The notes beneath the pieces were generated by a model. The model made no database searches. It saw nothing but the letters and a program-made list of their open reading frames with translations, and was not told the origin of the DNA. The position numbers were made by a program, and so were the translations under genes. Shown here piece after piece: positions 51,605 to 61,041 of a stretch of 64,000 nucleotides of DNA (its first letter is position 1; each line of letters opens with the position of its first letter). The stretch is from Gaiellaceae bacterium (lineage in GTDB: Bacteria > Actinomycetota > Thermoleophilia > Gaiellales > Gaiellaceae). The DNA lies in the NCBI GenBank assembly GCA_046262415.1, contig JBHEMU010000146.1, positions 42,913 to 106,912 on the forward strand, read 5' to 3'.

Positions 51605-52782
51605 GCCGCGACCAGCTCCTCGTAGAGCTCGGCGAAGCGACGCGCCTCGAGCTCGGCCGCGAACTCGCTCTCCGCGACCTCGCGGGCCCGCGCGGAGAGC
51701 CGCGAGCGCAGCTCCCCGTCGGAGAGCAGCGCCCTGATCCCTTCCGCGAGGCCGGCCGCGTCGCCCGCGGGCGCGAGGTAGCCGGTCTCGAGGTGCCGCA
51801 CGGCGTCCGGGACGCCGCCGACGTCGAAGGAGACGACCGGCGTGGCGCAGGCGAGGCTCTCGATCGCCGCGTTCGGCAGGTTGTCCGCGAGCGTCGGCAG
51901 CACGAACACCTCCGCCGCGGCGTAGTGGAGCGCCAGCTCGGGATCGGCCGCCCCGGCGAGTGAGACCACCTGCAGCTCCGCGTCGGCGAGCCGCGCGACC
52001 GCCTCTCTGAAGATCGCCGCTCCCTTGCGCCGGTCGGCGAGGTCGGGAGCCGAGAACAGGACGAGCGGCCGCTCCGGATCGAGCCCCAGCCGGCGCCGCG
52101 CGTCCCGCCGGTCGAGCGGGCGGAAGGCGTCCAGGTCGACCCCGTTCGGAATCCGTCGCCGCGGGAAGCGCCCGAGGAGCGGGCTCTCGCCGGCGAGCCG
52201 CTCGAGCCAGCGGGACGGCGCGACGACGGTCAGCCGCGAGCGCCGGTAGACGGCCCGCTTGACGCGGAAGAGCATCGCGGTCGTGTCGCGTGGAAGGCCG
52301 GGGTACTCCTGAAGGTACGGGCAGGAGCCGCAGCCGTGGCGCCAGCGCTCGCAGTCGTAGGAGTAGGCAACGTGCCCGGTGAACGGCCACATGTCGGAGA
52401 GCCGCCAGACGACCGGACGCCGCCGGCTCAGCAGCGGCAGCGCAGTGTGGCTGAAGTAGCTCCCGTGGGTGTTGTAGAGCTGGACGACGCCGGCGCCGCG
52501 AAACCAGGGGTCCCGAGCGACGCCGAAGGACGATGGGTAGAGCACGTACTGGAGGCCCAGGGGATCGGCGACCGCCCCGCAGACCCGGTCGGCGGCCCGC
52601 CAGAGCGGCCCGCGCTTGATCGACCGGACGTCGAGGTCGCCCGTCTGCGGCCGTCCGACGAGCATCCGCGAGCCGTGCCCGAGGCGGCGGAGGGTCGAAT
52701 GGAGGCGGAAGGCCGAGCGGGCCGAGCCGCCGCCCGCGTCGGAATCGCTGATGTGCAGGACGTTCAGGGTGGTAACTAGCAT
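51601..52782 (-). CDS. family 4 glycosyltransferase
   Basis: 393 aa. ..VLHISDSDAGGGSARSAFRLH.. N-terminus and ..VLPTLADNLPNAAIESLACATPVVSFDVGGVPDAV... Confidence 0.8.
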   Translation of the reverse strand: MLVTTLNVLHISDSDAGGGSARSAFRLHSTLRRLGHGSRMLVGRPQTGDLDVRSIKRGPLWRAADRVCGAVADPLGLQYVLYPSSFGVARDPWFRGAGVVQLYNTHGSYFSHTALPLLSRRRPVVWRLSDMWPFTGHVAYSYDCERWRHGCGSCPYLQEYPGLPRDTTAMLFRVKRAVYRRSRLTVVAPSRWLERLAGESPLLGRFPRRRIPNGVDLDAFRPLDRRDARRRLGLDPERPLVLFSAPDLADRRKGAAIFREAVARLADAELQVVSLAGAADPELALHYAAAEVFVLPTLADNLPNAAIESLACATPVVSFDVGGVPDAVRHLETGYLAPAGDAAGLAEGIRALLSDGELRSRLSARAREVAESEFAAELEARRFAELYEELVAA

Positions 52783-52820
52783 AGGCTCGGGCGTGCGGCC
52801 CGCCCGGCGCCCACCTCACC

Positions 52821-55262
52821 ATGGCCCGCCTCCCACGCACGCCGGTCCTCTACGTGCACCATCGCTCGGAGCTCGGCGGCGCCCCGGCGAGCCTCAGCTA
52901 CCTGATCCGCGAGCTCGACGAGGCCGAGTTCGACCCTCACATCTACTGTCCCCCCGGGCCGGCGGCCGAGCTCTTCCGTCAGGCCGGGGCGCGCGTCCAC
53001 ACAGGGCCGGTCGCGGGCTTCACCCACATCTGGGCGAGCACCTACCGCGGGCGCCGCTGGCTGCTGTTCCTGCGAGAGCTAGGCCTGCTGCCGCAGCACC
53101 TGCTCCGCTTCCGCCGCACGCTCCGCCGGCACCAGTTCCAGCTCGTCCACTTCAACGACTCGCCGCTGATCCCCGCCGCCTGGCTCGCCAGGCGCGATGA
53201 GCTGCCCGTGGTCTGTCACCTGCGCTCGGCCCTGCCGGACGGCGGACGCGACCGCCGCTCCGACCTGATCCGCCGCGCGATCAGGCGTTTCGGCACCGCG
53301 TCGATCGCGATCAACCACGACGTCGCCGGCGTCTTCGGCGTCGGCTCGACGGTCGTGCCGAACTCGGTCGACCTCGAGCGCTTCCGCCCCGGTGACCAGG
53401 ACGCCGCCAGGCGCGCGCTCGCCCTCGACCTCGGGCGACCGGTCGTCTCCTTCTTCGGCTTCGTCTACCCGTCCAAGGGCTTCCGCGAGTTCATCGAGGC
53501 TGCCGCTCTGCTGCGGGGGCGCGGGCTCGAGGCCAGCTACCTGATCGTCGGCGGCGCCGTCCGCGGGCAGGAGTTCTTCCGGACCGTCGTCGGCCGCGGC
53601 CTTCAGCTCGCCGACCTGACGCGCGACTACGAGTCGGAGGCGAAGCGGCTGGTCGCCGAGCTCGGCCTCGCCGACGTCGTCCGCTTCATCCCCTTCACGC
53701 AGGACACGGCCAACCTGTACCAGGCGAGCGACGTCGTGGTCGCGCCGTCGCAGGGGCCCGAGCTCGGGCGGCCGGTGATCGAGGCGGCGGCGAGCGGCGT
53801 CCCCGTGGTGGCCTCGGGCTCGCGGACGGGCGGCGGCGTCGTCGTCCCGGGCGAGACGGGGGTGCTGGTCGAGGGCTACGGGTCCGAGACCCTGGCGGAC
53901 GCCGTCGCCGACCTGCTGCGAGACGAGGAGCGGCGCAGCTCCCTCGGCCGGGCGGCCCGGGCGCACGCCGAGACGAACTTCGACCCGGCCCGCAACGCGC
54001 GCCGGATCGAGGCGATCTACCGGCGGATCGCCCCCGCGCGGGAGCGCATACCGATCCTCTACGTCCACCACCGTCCGCAGCTCGGTGGCGCCCCGTCCAG
54101 CCTCGCCCAGCTGATCCGCCACCTCGACCCGCGCTTCGAGCCGCACGTCTTCTGCCCGGAGGGGCCCGCGGCCGAGCTCTTCCGCGAGGCCGGCGCGACC
54201 GTCCACACCGGCGACGTCTCCATCTTCGCCCACGTGTGGGACAGCCCCTACGAGGGGCTGCGCTGGCTGATCCTCGGCCGGGAGGTCGCGGCGCTGCCGC
54301 CGCACCTCCGCCAGCTCGTGCGCCTGATGCGCTGGCACCGGTTCCCGCTCGTGCACCTGAACGACTCGCCGCTGCTCGCAGCCGCCTGGGTCGCGCACGG
54401 GCACGGCGCGAAGGTCGTCTGGCACCTCCGCTCGGCACTTGCCGGCGAGGGCCGCGACCGGCGCAGCCGCGCGATCGCCGCCTTGATGGAGCGCTGGGGC
54501 GATGCCGCGATCGCGATCGACCGGGACGTCGCGGCGCGCTTCCCGATCCGGCTGCCGCTCACGATCGTGCACAACAGCGTCACCGTCCCGGCCGCGTCGT
54601 CGAACGGCGCCGGCCGGAAGCTGGCGCTCGGCTTGCCCGAGGACCGCGTCACCGTGGGGTTCGCCGGCTTCGTCCGCCGCCAGAAGGGCTGGCCCGAGCT
54701 CGTCTCGGCGGCCGAGATCCTCGTCGAGGAGGGCTCGCCCGCGCACTTCGTGATCATGGGCGGCGGCGTCCGGCCGCCCGCGTACTTCCAGACCGTGCGC
54801 GGCCGGGCGCTCGCTGCGGCCAACCTCCTCTCCGACGAGGAGTCGGCGATCAAGGAGCTCGTGGCGGCGAAGGGCCTCTCGCCACACTTCTCCTTCCTCC
54901 CGTTCACCGCGGAGACCGGCGAGATCTACAGCGCGCTCGACGTCGTCACGTTCCCGAACCAGGGCGTCGGCCTCGGCCGCCCCGTGCTGGAGGCGGCGAC
55001 CTACGGGAAGCCCGTCGTCGCGTCGGGCTCGAGCGACGGCGCGGGCGTGCTGCTCCCGGGGCGGACGGGGCTGCTGCTGGACGAGGCGGGGCCGCCCGAG
55101 ATCGCGAGGGCGCTGCGAACCCTGATCGGGGACGCGGGGCTGAGGCGGCGGCTCGGCGAGGCGGCCGGCGAGCACGCCCGGGCGCGGTTCGACCCGGTGC
55201 AGAACGCACGCGCCGTCGAGTCGGTCTACGACGAGCTGCTCGGGGTGTACGGCAGGCGCTGA
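52821..55262 (+). CDS. bifunctional tandem family 4 glycosyltransferase (two complete GT4 modules in one 813-aa polypeptide)
   Basis: Residues about 1-405 and 406-813 are clear paralogs. Compare PVLYVHHRSELGGAPASLSYLIRELD..PGPAAELFRQAGARVHTG with PILYVHHRPQLGGAPSSLAQLIRHLD..EGPAAELFREAGATVHTG. Each half has a GT-B C-terminal motif (..GRPVIEAAASGVPVVASGS.. / ..GRPVLEAATYGKPVVASGS..). Confidence 0.85.
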   Translation: MARLPRTPVLYVHHRSELGGAPASLSYLIRELDEAEFDPHIYCPPGPAAELFRQAGARVHTGPVAGFTHIWASTYRGRRWLLFLRELGLLPQHLLRFRRTLRRHQFQLVHFNDSPLIPAAWLARRDELPVVCHLRSALPDGGRDRRSDLIRRAIRRFGTASIAINHDVAGVFGVGSTVVPNSVDLERFRPGDQDAARRALALDLGRPVVSFFGFVYPSKGFREFIEAAALLRGRGLEASYLIVGGAVRGQEFFRTVVGRGLQLADLTRDYESEAKRLVAELGLADVVRFIPFTQDTANLYQASDVVVAPSQGPELGRPVIEAAASGVPVVASGSRTGGGVVVPGETGVLVEGYGSETLADAVADLLRDEERRSSLGRAARAHAETNFDPARNARRIEAIYRRIAPARERIPILYVHHRPQLGGAPSSLAQLIRHLDPRFEPHVFCPEGPAAELFREAGATVHTGDVSIFAHVWDSPYEGLRWLILGREVAALPPHLRQLVRLMRWHRFPLVHLNDSPLLAAAWVAHGHGAKVVWHLRSALAGEGRDRRSRAIAALMERWGDAAIAIDRDVAARFPIRLPLTIVHNSVTVPAASSNGAGRKLALGLPEDRVTVGFAGFVRRQKGWPELVSAAEILVEEGSPAHFVIMGGGVRPPAYFQTVRGRALAAANLLSDEESAIKELVAAKGLSPHFSFLPFTAETGEIYSALDVVTFPNQGVGLGRPVLEAATYGKPVVASGSSDGAGVLLPGRTGLLLDEAGPPEIARALRTLIGDAGLRRRLGEAAGEHARARFDPVQNARAVESVYDELLGVYGRR

Positions 55263-55268
55263 AGCCGG

Positions 55269-56084
55269 TCAGCGGCGGCGGCTCCCCCGTAGCGCGCGGC
55301 CGACCGTCCGCGCCGCCTTCGCGGCGCGGGACCCATCCCACAGGCAAGGGTGCGTGAGCACCACCGTCTTCGTCCCTGGCCGGTAGTCGCCCGGGTGCCA
55401 GCGGCGCCCGCAGACGTCGACGTACGAGTCGGCGAAGTACGCGTCGTGGTCGAGGAAGTCGGCGTCGTAGAGGAGGCCGAGCGCCGCCAGGGTCGTCCGC
55501 GGCATGCCGGGCGGCGGGAGCAGCTCTCCGGTCACGTCGTTGTTCGGGAACCGCGGGGCCCGCTCGGGCAGGTCCGAGAAGAGGAGGTGGTTCAGGAACC
55601 GCCGCTCGCGGGCCTCCCGGGAGCCGTGGGCCGCGACGCCGACGACGTCGAGGCCCTGCGCCCGCAGGGTCTCCAGCGCACGAGCGAGCTCGGCGACCGG
55701 GTCTGCGCCGGTGCGGGCGTGCACGGTGACGGCGTCGTTGTGGAGTCCGACCTCGTGCCCCAGCTCCTGCAGCTCGCGGAAGCGGCCGTCCGGCCAGTAC
55801 GGGGCCGTGTGAAGCAAGAAGTAGGTGGCGCGCAGGCCCCGCGCCGCCTCCAGCCGCGCGAAGGCGAGCGCGCTGTCGAGCCGGTCGTCGACGTCGTGGC
55901 GCAGACCCACGCCCGCCGGTGCGTGCCGGAGCTCGCGCAGCGGCCGCACGTGCTCCAGGTCGAGCCCGTCGAGGAAGCGCGCGTACTCGCCGTAGGTGAA
56001 GCGCCGCTCCCGCACCGGCGCGGCGAGGAGCCGCAACGGGCGGCGGCGCAGCAGCTCCGACGACGCAGGCGGGCCGTAGGTCAC
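55269..56084 (-). CDS. polysaccharide deacetylase-like (CE4-like) protein
   Basis: ..GVGLRHDVDDRLDSALAFARLEAARGLRATYFLL.. and ..GHEVGLHNDAV..AHGS... Preferred GTG start at 56084; the longest ORF runs to 56234. Family call is moderate. Confidence 0.55.
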   Translation of the reverse strand: MTYGPPASSELLRRRPLRLLAAPVRERRFTYGEYARFLDGLDLEHVRPLRELRHAPAGVGLRHDVDDRLDSALAFARLEAARGLRATYFLLHTAPYWPDGRFRELQELGHEVGLHNDAVTVHARTGADPVAELARALETLRAQGLDVVGVAAHGSREARERRFLNHLLFSDLPERAPRFPNNDVTGELLPPPGMPRTTLAALGLLYDADFLDHDAYFADSYVDVCGRRWHPGDYRPGTKTVVLTHPCLWDGSRAAKAARTVGRALRGSRRR

Positions 56085-56113
56085 CGCGCCAGTCTTGCGG
56101 CTACCGTCTGCGC

Positions 56114-56449
56114 ATGGCGACCTGGGCGGACGTTCGGGATCTGGCGGCCAAGCTTCCGGGCGTCGAGGAGGGCACGGCGTACCGGCACCCGGCGCTCCGG
56201 GTCGCGGGCAGGTGGTTCGCCTGCATGAGCCCACACGAGCGGGGAGCGCTCGTCCTCCACTGCGATCCGGCCGAGCGTCCGCTGATGACGGCAGCGGACG
56301 AGGCCGTCTACTACGTGACGCCGCACTACGAGCCTCACGCGCTCGTTCTCGTCCGCCTCGACGCGATCGGATGCGAGGAGCTGCGGGAGCGCCTGCTCGA
56401 CTCCTGGCTGCTCCGGGCGCCGGAGCGCCTCCGCGGCGCGGTGCTCTAG
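56114..56449 (+). CDS. MmcQ/YjbR family protein
   Basis: 111 aa. W..V..LA..LPGVEE......P.L.V.G..FA pattern and C-terminal ..EELRERLLDSW... Confidence 0.6.
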   Translation: MATWADVRDLAAKLPGVEEGTAYRHPALRVAGRWFACMSPHERGALVLHCDPAERPLMTAADEAVYYVTPHYEPHALVLVRLDAIGCEELRERLLDSWLLRAPERLRGAVL

Positions 56450-56961
56450 AGCTTCTTCGGCTTGTAGGTCCAGCCGGCGCCCGTCACGGCCGCGATCACG
56501 GGGTCGCGGAGATCTGACCACTTGAAGGTGTAACCCTCCTCGGTGGCGCCGCCCTCGACGTAGTGGGGACCCAGCCACGCGAGGACCGTCACCTTCTCGG
56601 CGCCCATGTGCTGGCCGCGCTCCCAGTCCTTGCGGCCGGACAGGCCCGAGGCGTCGAGCTCGGCCTCGGTCGTCGTCTTCAGGCAGATCCCGGTCGCCTC
56701 GCGCTCGTCGGCGTCCAGCGAGACGCGGATCGCGCGGTAGAGGTACTCGTACTCCGCACCGTCGCCGCCGGCACTCGCGATCTTCGCCGACCACGCGACG
56801 ACGACGTCGCCGTCCTGCTCCGACGTCTCGATCCCCCTGCCGCCGATCGCCCGCAGCCGCCCGCGAACCTCGGCTTCGGAAGCGGGGGCCACGCCCTGCT
56901 CCGGCTCGGCCGAGGTCATGATCCCGCGCGTCTTCGCCTTCAGGCGGTCGAAGAAACCCAC
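56446..56961 (-). CDS. hypothetical protein
   Basis: 171 aa with amphipathic MGFFDRLKAK N-terminus. No family recognised. Its stop shares a CTAG with the convergent gene stop. Confidence 0.55.
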   Translation of the reverse strand: MGFFDRLKAKTRGIMTSAEPEQGVAPASEAEVRGRLRAIGGRGIETSEQDGDVVVAWSAKIASAGGDGAEYEYLYRAIRVSLDADEREATGICLKTTTEAELDASGLSGRKDWERGQHMGAEKVTVLAWLGPHYVEGGATEEGYTFKWSDLRDPVIAAVTGAGWTYKPKKL

Positions 56962-56999
56962 GCGCCAAGCCTACAGCCGCCGCAGTAGTCTTCCTCCTC

Positions 57000-57743
57000 T
57001 TGGAGGGCGCACTCGCAGGCCACGTCGCACTCGTGACGGGCGGCAGCCGCGGCATCGGCCTCGCGATCTGCAAGCGGCTCCTGCGCCGCGGCGTCGTCGT
57101 CGCCGCCGGCTACTCGCGGAACGCGGCCGGGGCCGGGGCGCTCGTCACCGAGCACGGAGAGGGCCTCGTCTCGACTCACAAGGGCTCGATCGAGAGCCCC
57201 GAGGACTGCGAGCGCGTGGTCGGCGAGGTGCTCGACCGCCGCGGCCGCCTCGACATCCTCGTCAACAACGCCGGGATCACCAGCGACCGCACCGTCCGCA
57301 AGATGACGCCGGCCGAGTGGGACCACGTGATCCACGTCAACCTCAGCGGCACGTTCTTCATGACGCGCGCCGTCCTCGGCGGCATGATCGACCGGGGCTA
57401 CGGCCGGATCGTCACGATCAGCTCGGTGATCGGCGAGACGGGCAACATCGGCCAGGCGAACTACGCCGCGTCGAAGTCGGGGCTCTTCGGGCTGACGATG
57501 AGCCTCGCCCGCGAGGTGGCGCGGAAGGGCATCACCGTGAACTGCGTGGCGCCCGGCTTCATCGCGACCGACATGGTCGCCGACGTTCCCCAGGAGGCGC
57601 TCGAGCGCGTAGTCGCTCAGATTCCCGTCGGCCGGCTCGGCGACGCGGACGAGGTCGCGAGGGTGGTCGAGTTCCTCGCCGAGCCGGCCTCGAGCTACAT
57701 CACGGGGCAGGCGTACTCGATCAACGGCGGCCTGGACATGTAG
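57000..57743 (+). CDS. short-chain dehydrogenase, 3-oxoacyl reductase type (FabG / PhaB acetoacetyl-CoA reductase-like)
   Basis: VTGGSRGIG, NNAG, S..., YAASKSG catalytic tetrad context. ..PVGRLG..EVA..V.FL and ..ITGQAYSINGGLDM end. TTG start. Confidence 0.85.
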   Translation: MEGALAGHVALVTGGSRGIGLAICKRLLRRGVVVAAGYSRNAAGAGALVTEHGEGLVSTHKGSIESPEDCERVVGEVLDRRGRLDILVNNAGITSDRTVRKMTPAEWDHVIHVNLSGTFFMTRAVLGGMIDRGYGRIVTISSVIGETGNIGQANYAASKSGLFGLTMSLAREVARKGITVNCVAPGFIATDMVADVPQEALERVVAQIPVGRLGDADEVARVVEFLAEPASSYITGQAYSINGGLDM

Positions 57744-57784
57744 CTAACAGTTCTCGAACCGCCCGACCGTAAGATGGGCGCCTC

Positions 57785-59512
57785 GTGACCGCGATCCTGG
57801 GGCTCAACGCCTTCCACGGCGACGCGGCGGCGGCCCTCGTGATCGACGGGAAGCTCGTCGCGGCGGCCGAGGAGGAGCGGTTCAACCGCATCAAGCACTG
57901 CGCGGGCTTCCCCGAGCTCGCCGCCGCCTGGTGCCTCGCCGACGCCGGGATCGGGCCCGGCGACCTCGACCACGTCGCGATCGGCCGCGACCCGAGGGCG
58001 AACCTGCTGCCGAAGGTCCGTCGCACCCTGCGGAACCGCCCGAGCCGCCGCTACCTGAAGGCACGGCTCGAGAACGCCGCCCGGATCCGCGACGTCAAGG
58101 GTCAGGTCGCCGGGGCGCTCGGCGTCGCCGAGGACGACCTCCCGGCGCGCTTCCACAACGTCGAGCACCACCTGGCGCACGCCGCGAGCGCCTTCTTCGT
58201 CTCTCCCTTCGAGGAGGCCGCGATCCTCTCCGTGGACGGCTTCGGCGACTTCGCTTCGACGATGCTGGCGGAGGGCCGCGGCTCGAGGATCGAGGTGCTC
58301 GACCGCGTCCTCTTCCCGCACTCGCTCGGGATCTTCTACACCGCCGTGACGCAGTGGCTCGGGTTCCCGAAGTACGGCGACGAGGGCAAGATCATGGGCC
58401 TCGCCCCCTACGGCGTGCCGCGCCATCACGACCGGATGCGCGAGCTCGTGCAGCTGAACGGCAGCCTGTTCGAGCTCGGCCTCGACTACTTCACGCATCA
58501 CCGGGAGGGCGTCGACATGACCTGGGACGAGCGGACGCCGACGATCGGCCGCATCTACTCGGACCGGATGTGCGACGCCTTCGGGCCCGCGCGCGAGCCG
58601 AAGACCGCGATCGAGCCGCTGCACGAGGACGTCGCCGCGTCGCTGCAGACGATGCTCGAGGAGGCCTACCTGCACCTCGTGCGCTCCTTGCACGAGCGCA
58701 CCGGCCGGCGCGCGATCTGCCTGGCCGGCGGGGTGGCGCTGAACGCGGTCGCGAACGGCCGGATCCGGCCCGAGACGCCGTTCGAGCAGGTCTACGTGCA
58801 GCCGGCGGCCGGCGACTCCGGCACCGCCGTGGGCGCGGCGTACCAGGTCTGGAACCAGGTCCTCGGGGAGCCTCGCGGGTTCGTGATGGAGCACGCGTAC
58901 ACCGGCCCGGAGTACTCGGACGCAGAGTGCGCAGAGGCGATCGTCGCCGCGGGACTCGAGAGCGAGCGCGTCGAGGACGCCGAGCTGTTCCCGCTCGTGG
59001 CGGCGCGCATCGCGGCCGGCGACGTCGTCGGGTGGTTCCAGGGCCGGATGGAGTTCGGCCCGCGCGCGCTCGGCAACCGCTCGATCGTCGTCGACCCCCG
59101 CCGGGATGACATGAAGGACATCCTCAACGCGCGGATCAAGCACCGCGAGCCGTTCCGGCCCTTCGCGCCCTCGATCCTCGCCCACCGGACGGGCGAGTGG
59201 TTCGAGCAGGACTACACCTCGCCCTTCATGGTGCTCGTCTACAAGACGCGCGAGGACAAGCGGGAGCTGATCCCGGCGGTCAACCACGTCGACGACACCG
59301 GGCGCCTGCAGACCGTGGAGGAGCGCGTCAGCCCGCGCTACTTCCGCCTGATCGAGGCGTTCGAGCGGCAGACCGGCGTGCCGGTCGTCCTGAACACCTC
59401 GTTCAACGAGAACGAGCCGATCGTGATGACGCCCGCCGACGCGGTCGCCTGCTTCGCGAAGACGCTGATGGACGTCCTCGTGCTCGGCAACCGCGTCGTC
59501 CGGCGGCCGTGA
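57785..59512 (+). CDS. carbamoyltransferase (NodU/CmcH family)
   Basis: 575 aa. ILGLNAFHGDAAAALVIDGKLVAAAEEERFNRIKH N-terminus, ..VEHHLAHAASAFF.., and C-terminal ..VLNTSFNENEPIV... Confidence 0.9.
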   Translation: MTAILGLNAFHGDAAAALVIDGKLVAAAEEERFNRIKHCAGFPELAAAWCLADAGIGPGDLDHVAIGRDPRANLLPKVRRTLRNRPSRRYLKARLENAARIRDVKGQVAGALGVAEDDLPARFHNVEHHLAHAASAFFVSPFEEAAILSVDGFGDFASTMLAEGRGSRIEVLDRVLFPHSLGIFYTAVTQWLGFPKYGDEGKIMGLAPYGVPRHHDRMRELVQLNGSLFELGLDYFTHHREGVDMTWDERTPTIGRIYSDRMCDAFGPAREPKTAIEPLHEDVAASLQTMLEEAYLHLVRSLHERTGRRAICLAGGVALNAVANGRIRPETPFEQVYVQPAAGDSGTAVGAAYQVWNQVLGEPRGFVMEHAYTGPEYSDAECAEAIVAAGLESERVEDAELFPLVAARIAAGDVVGWFQGRMEFGPRALGNRSIVVDPRRDDMKDILNARIKHREPFRPFAPSILAHRTGEWFEQDYTSPFMVLVYKTREDKRELIPAVNHVDDTGRLQTVEERVSPRYFRLIEAFERQTGVPVVLNTSFNENEPIVMTPADAVACFAKTLMDVLVLGNRVVRRP

Positions 59513-61041
59513 CCCTCGACGACCCGGCCGGCGCGCCGCTTCCTCCGGTCGCGGCCGAGTCGCGCGGCGTCCGCCTCGCCTCGGCCTTCGGCGTCCGCGA
59601 GGCCGGACGCGTCCTGCGCGACTTCGTCACCTACCTCCCCACGCAGATCATCCCGGCGATCGCGGGCTTCCTCGTCCTGCCGATCCTGGCGCGCCAGCTC
59701 GCGCCGACGGAGCTCGGCGTCCTCGCGATCGCCCAGACGCTGATCACGCTCTCCTGGATCGTCTCCGCCCAGTGGCTCGGGAACGCGATCATGCGCGAGC
59801 TGCCGGCGAGCCGGGCGAGCGGCGAGCTCCAGATCTTCTCGGCCACGCTGCTGCGGGGGCTCGGCATCGCCGCGCTGCTGCTCGCCGTGGTCAGTGCGGG
59901 GCTCGCGCTGGTCGGGCTCTTCGCCGAGGCGATCGGCGACAACCTCATGCTGATCCTCGCCGCGGCCGCCGGCCTCGTCCTGCACAACGTCGCGCTGACC
60001 CTCTTCGCCTCGAGCCTGCGGCCCCGTGCCTACGTCGCCGTCGACGTCCTCGGCCGGACGGGCGGGATCGCGCTCGGCGTCGTGCTCGTCTTCGAAGGGC
60101 ACAAGGTGCACGGCTACCTGCTCGGCGTCGCGGTCGCTTCCTGCCTCGTGGGGGCCCTGGGTCTGTGGGCCGGCTGGCCGCGCGGCGGTTCCTCCGCCCC
60201 GGGGACCCGGACGGACGTGCGCGCCTGGGCGCTGTACGGCGCTCCGCTCGCGATCGGCACGGTCGCCGTGTTCGCCCTGCTCCTGATCGACCGCTACCTG
60301 CTCGCGGCGCTGAAGGACACGGCCGCCGTGGGCGTCTACTCCGTCGGAGCCGTGCTCGGGGACAAGGCGGTCGTGATCCCCACGTTCGCGTTCTTCACCG
60401 CCGCGCGCCCGCTGCTCGTGACCGCGTTCGAGCGCGACGGGCGGGTCGAGGTGGAGCGGCTGATGCGCGCCTACACGCGCATCGTCCTGCTGATCGGCCT
60501 GCCCGTGGTGGCCATGGCCGCCGCAACCGCGGGCGACCTCGTGCCGCTCCTGGCCGGCGGCGACTACGAGGAGTTCTACGAGCCCGCAGCCGCCGTCGTC
60601 CCCATCGTCGCGGGAGGCTCACTCCTGTACGCGCTCAGCCGCGTCGGCGAGACGGGCCTCGTGGTGGCGAAACGGACCCGGCCGTTTGTCGCCGCCGCGG
60701 GCTTCGCACTCACGGTCAACATCGTCGCCAACGTGATCCTGATCCCGCCGTTCGGCATCAAGGGCGCCGCGATCGCCACGCCGATCGGGAACCTGGCGCT
60801 CCTGCTCGCGGTGCAGTTCTACGCCCGGCGCCACGCGACGTGGCGGTTCCCGTACCGCACGCTCGTCCGCGGGGCCCTGGCCGCGGGCGCGGGGTACGGC
60901 GCCGCCCGGCTGGCGATGGAGCTGGCCGACTCGGGGCTGGCGAGGGTCGCCCTGGCCGCGGCGGCCGGTGGGGCGGCCTACCTCGCCGGGCTGGCGCTGC
61001 TCGGCGAGCGGAGAGGATCGGCGCCGGCCGCCTCGGCGTAG
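59509..61041 (+). CDS. wzx: MOP-superfamily polysaccharide/oligosaccharide flippase
   Basis: GTG 59509 overlaps the carbamoyltransferase stop (GTGA). About 12-14 TM segments. ..LPTQIIPAIAGFLVLPILARQLAPTELGVLAIAQTL.. is typical of the Wzx/polysacc_synt N-terminus. Confidence 0.75.
   Translation: MTLDDPAGAPLPPVAAESRGVRLASAFGVREAGRVLRDFVTYLPTQIIPAIAGFLVLPILARQLAPTELGVLAIAQTLITLSWIVSAQWLGNAIMRELPASRASGELQIFSATLLRGLGIAALLLAVVSAGLALVGLFAEAIGDNLMLILAAAAGLVLHNVALTLFASSLRPRAYVAVDVLGRTGGIALGVVLVFEGHKVHGYLLGVAVASCLVGALGLWAGWPRGGSSAPGTRTDVRAWALYGAPLAIGTVAVFALLLIDRYLLAALKDTAAVGVYSVGAVLGDKAVVIPTFAFFTAARPLLVTAFERDGRVEVERLMRAYTRIVLLIGLPVVAMAAATAGDLVPLLAGGDYEEFYEPAAAVVPIVAGGSLLYALSRVGETGLVVAKRTRPFVAAAGFALTVNIVANVILIPPFGIKGAAIATPIGNLALLLAVQFYARRHATWRFPYRTLVRGALAAGAGYGAARLAMELADSGLARVALAAAAGGAAYLAGLALLGERRGSAPAASA

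Noticed and set aside
56081-57073. 330-aa minus-strand ORF spanning three real genes
   Set aside because: It overlaps the MmcQ/YjbR-like gene, the 171-aa hypothetical gene and the divergent promoter region in a different frame. The translation is R/G/P-rich with no motifs.
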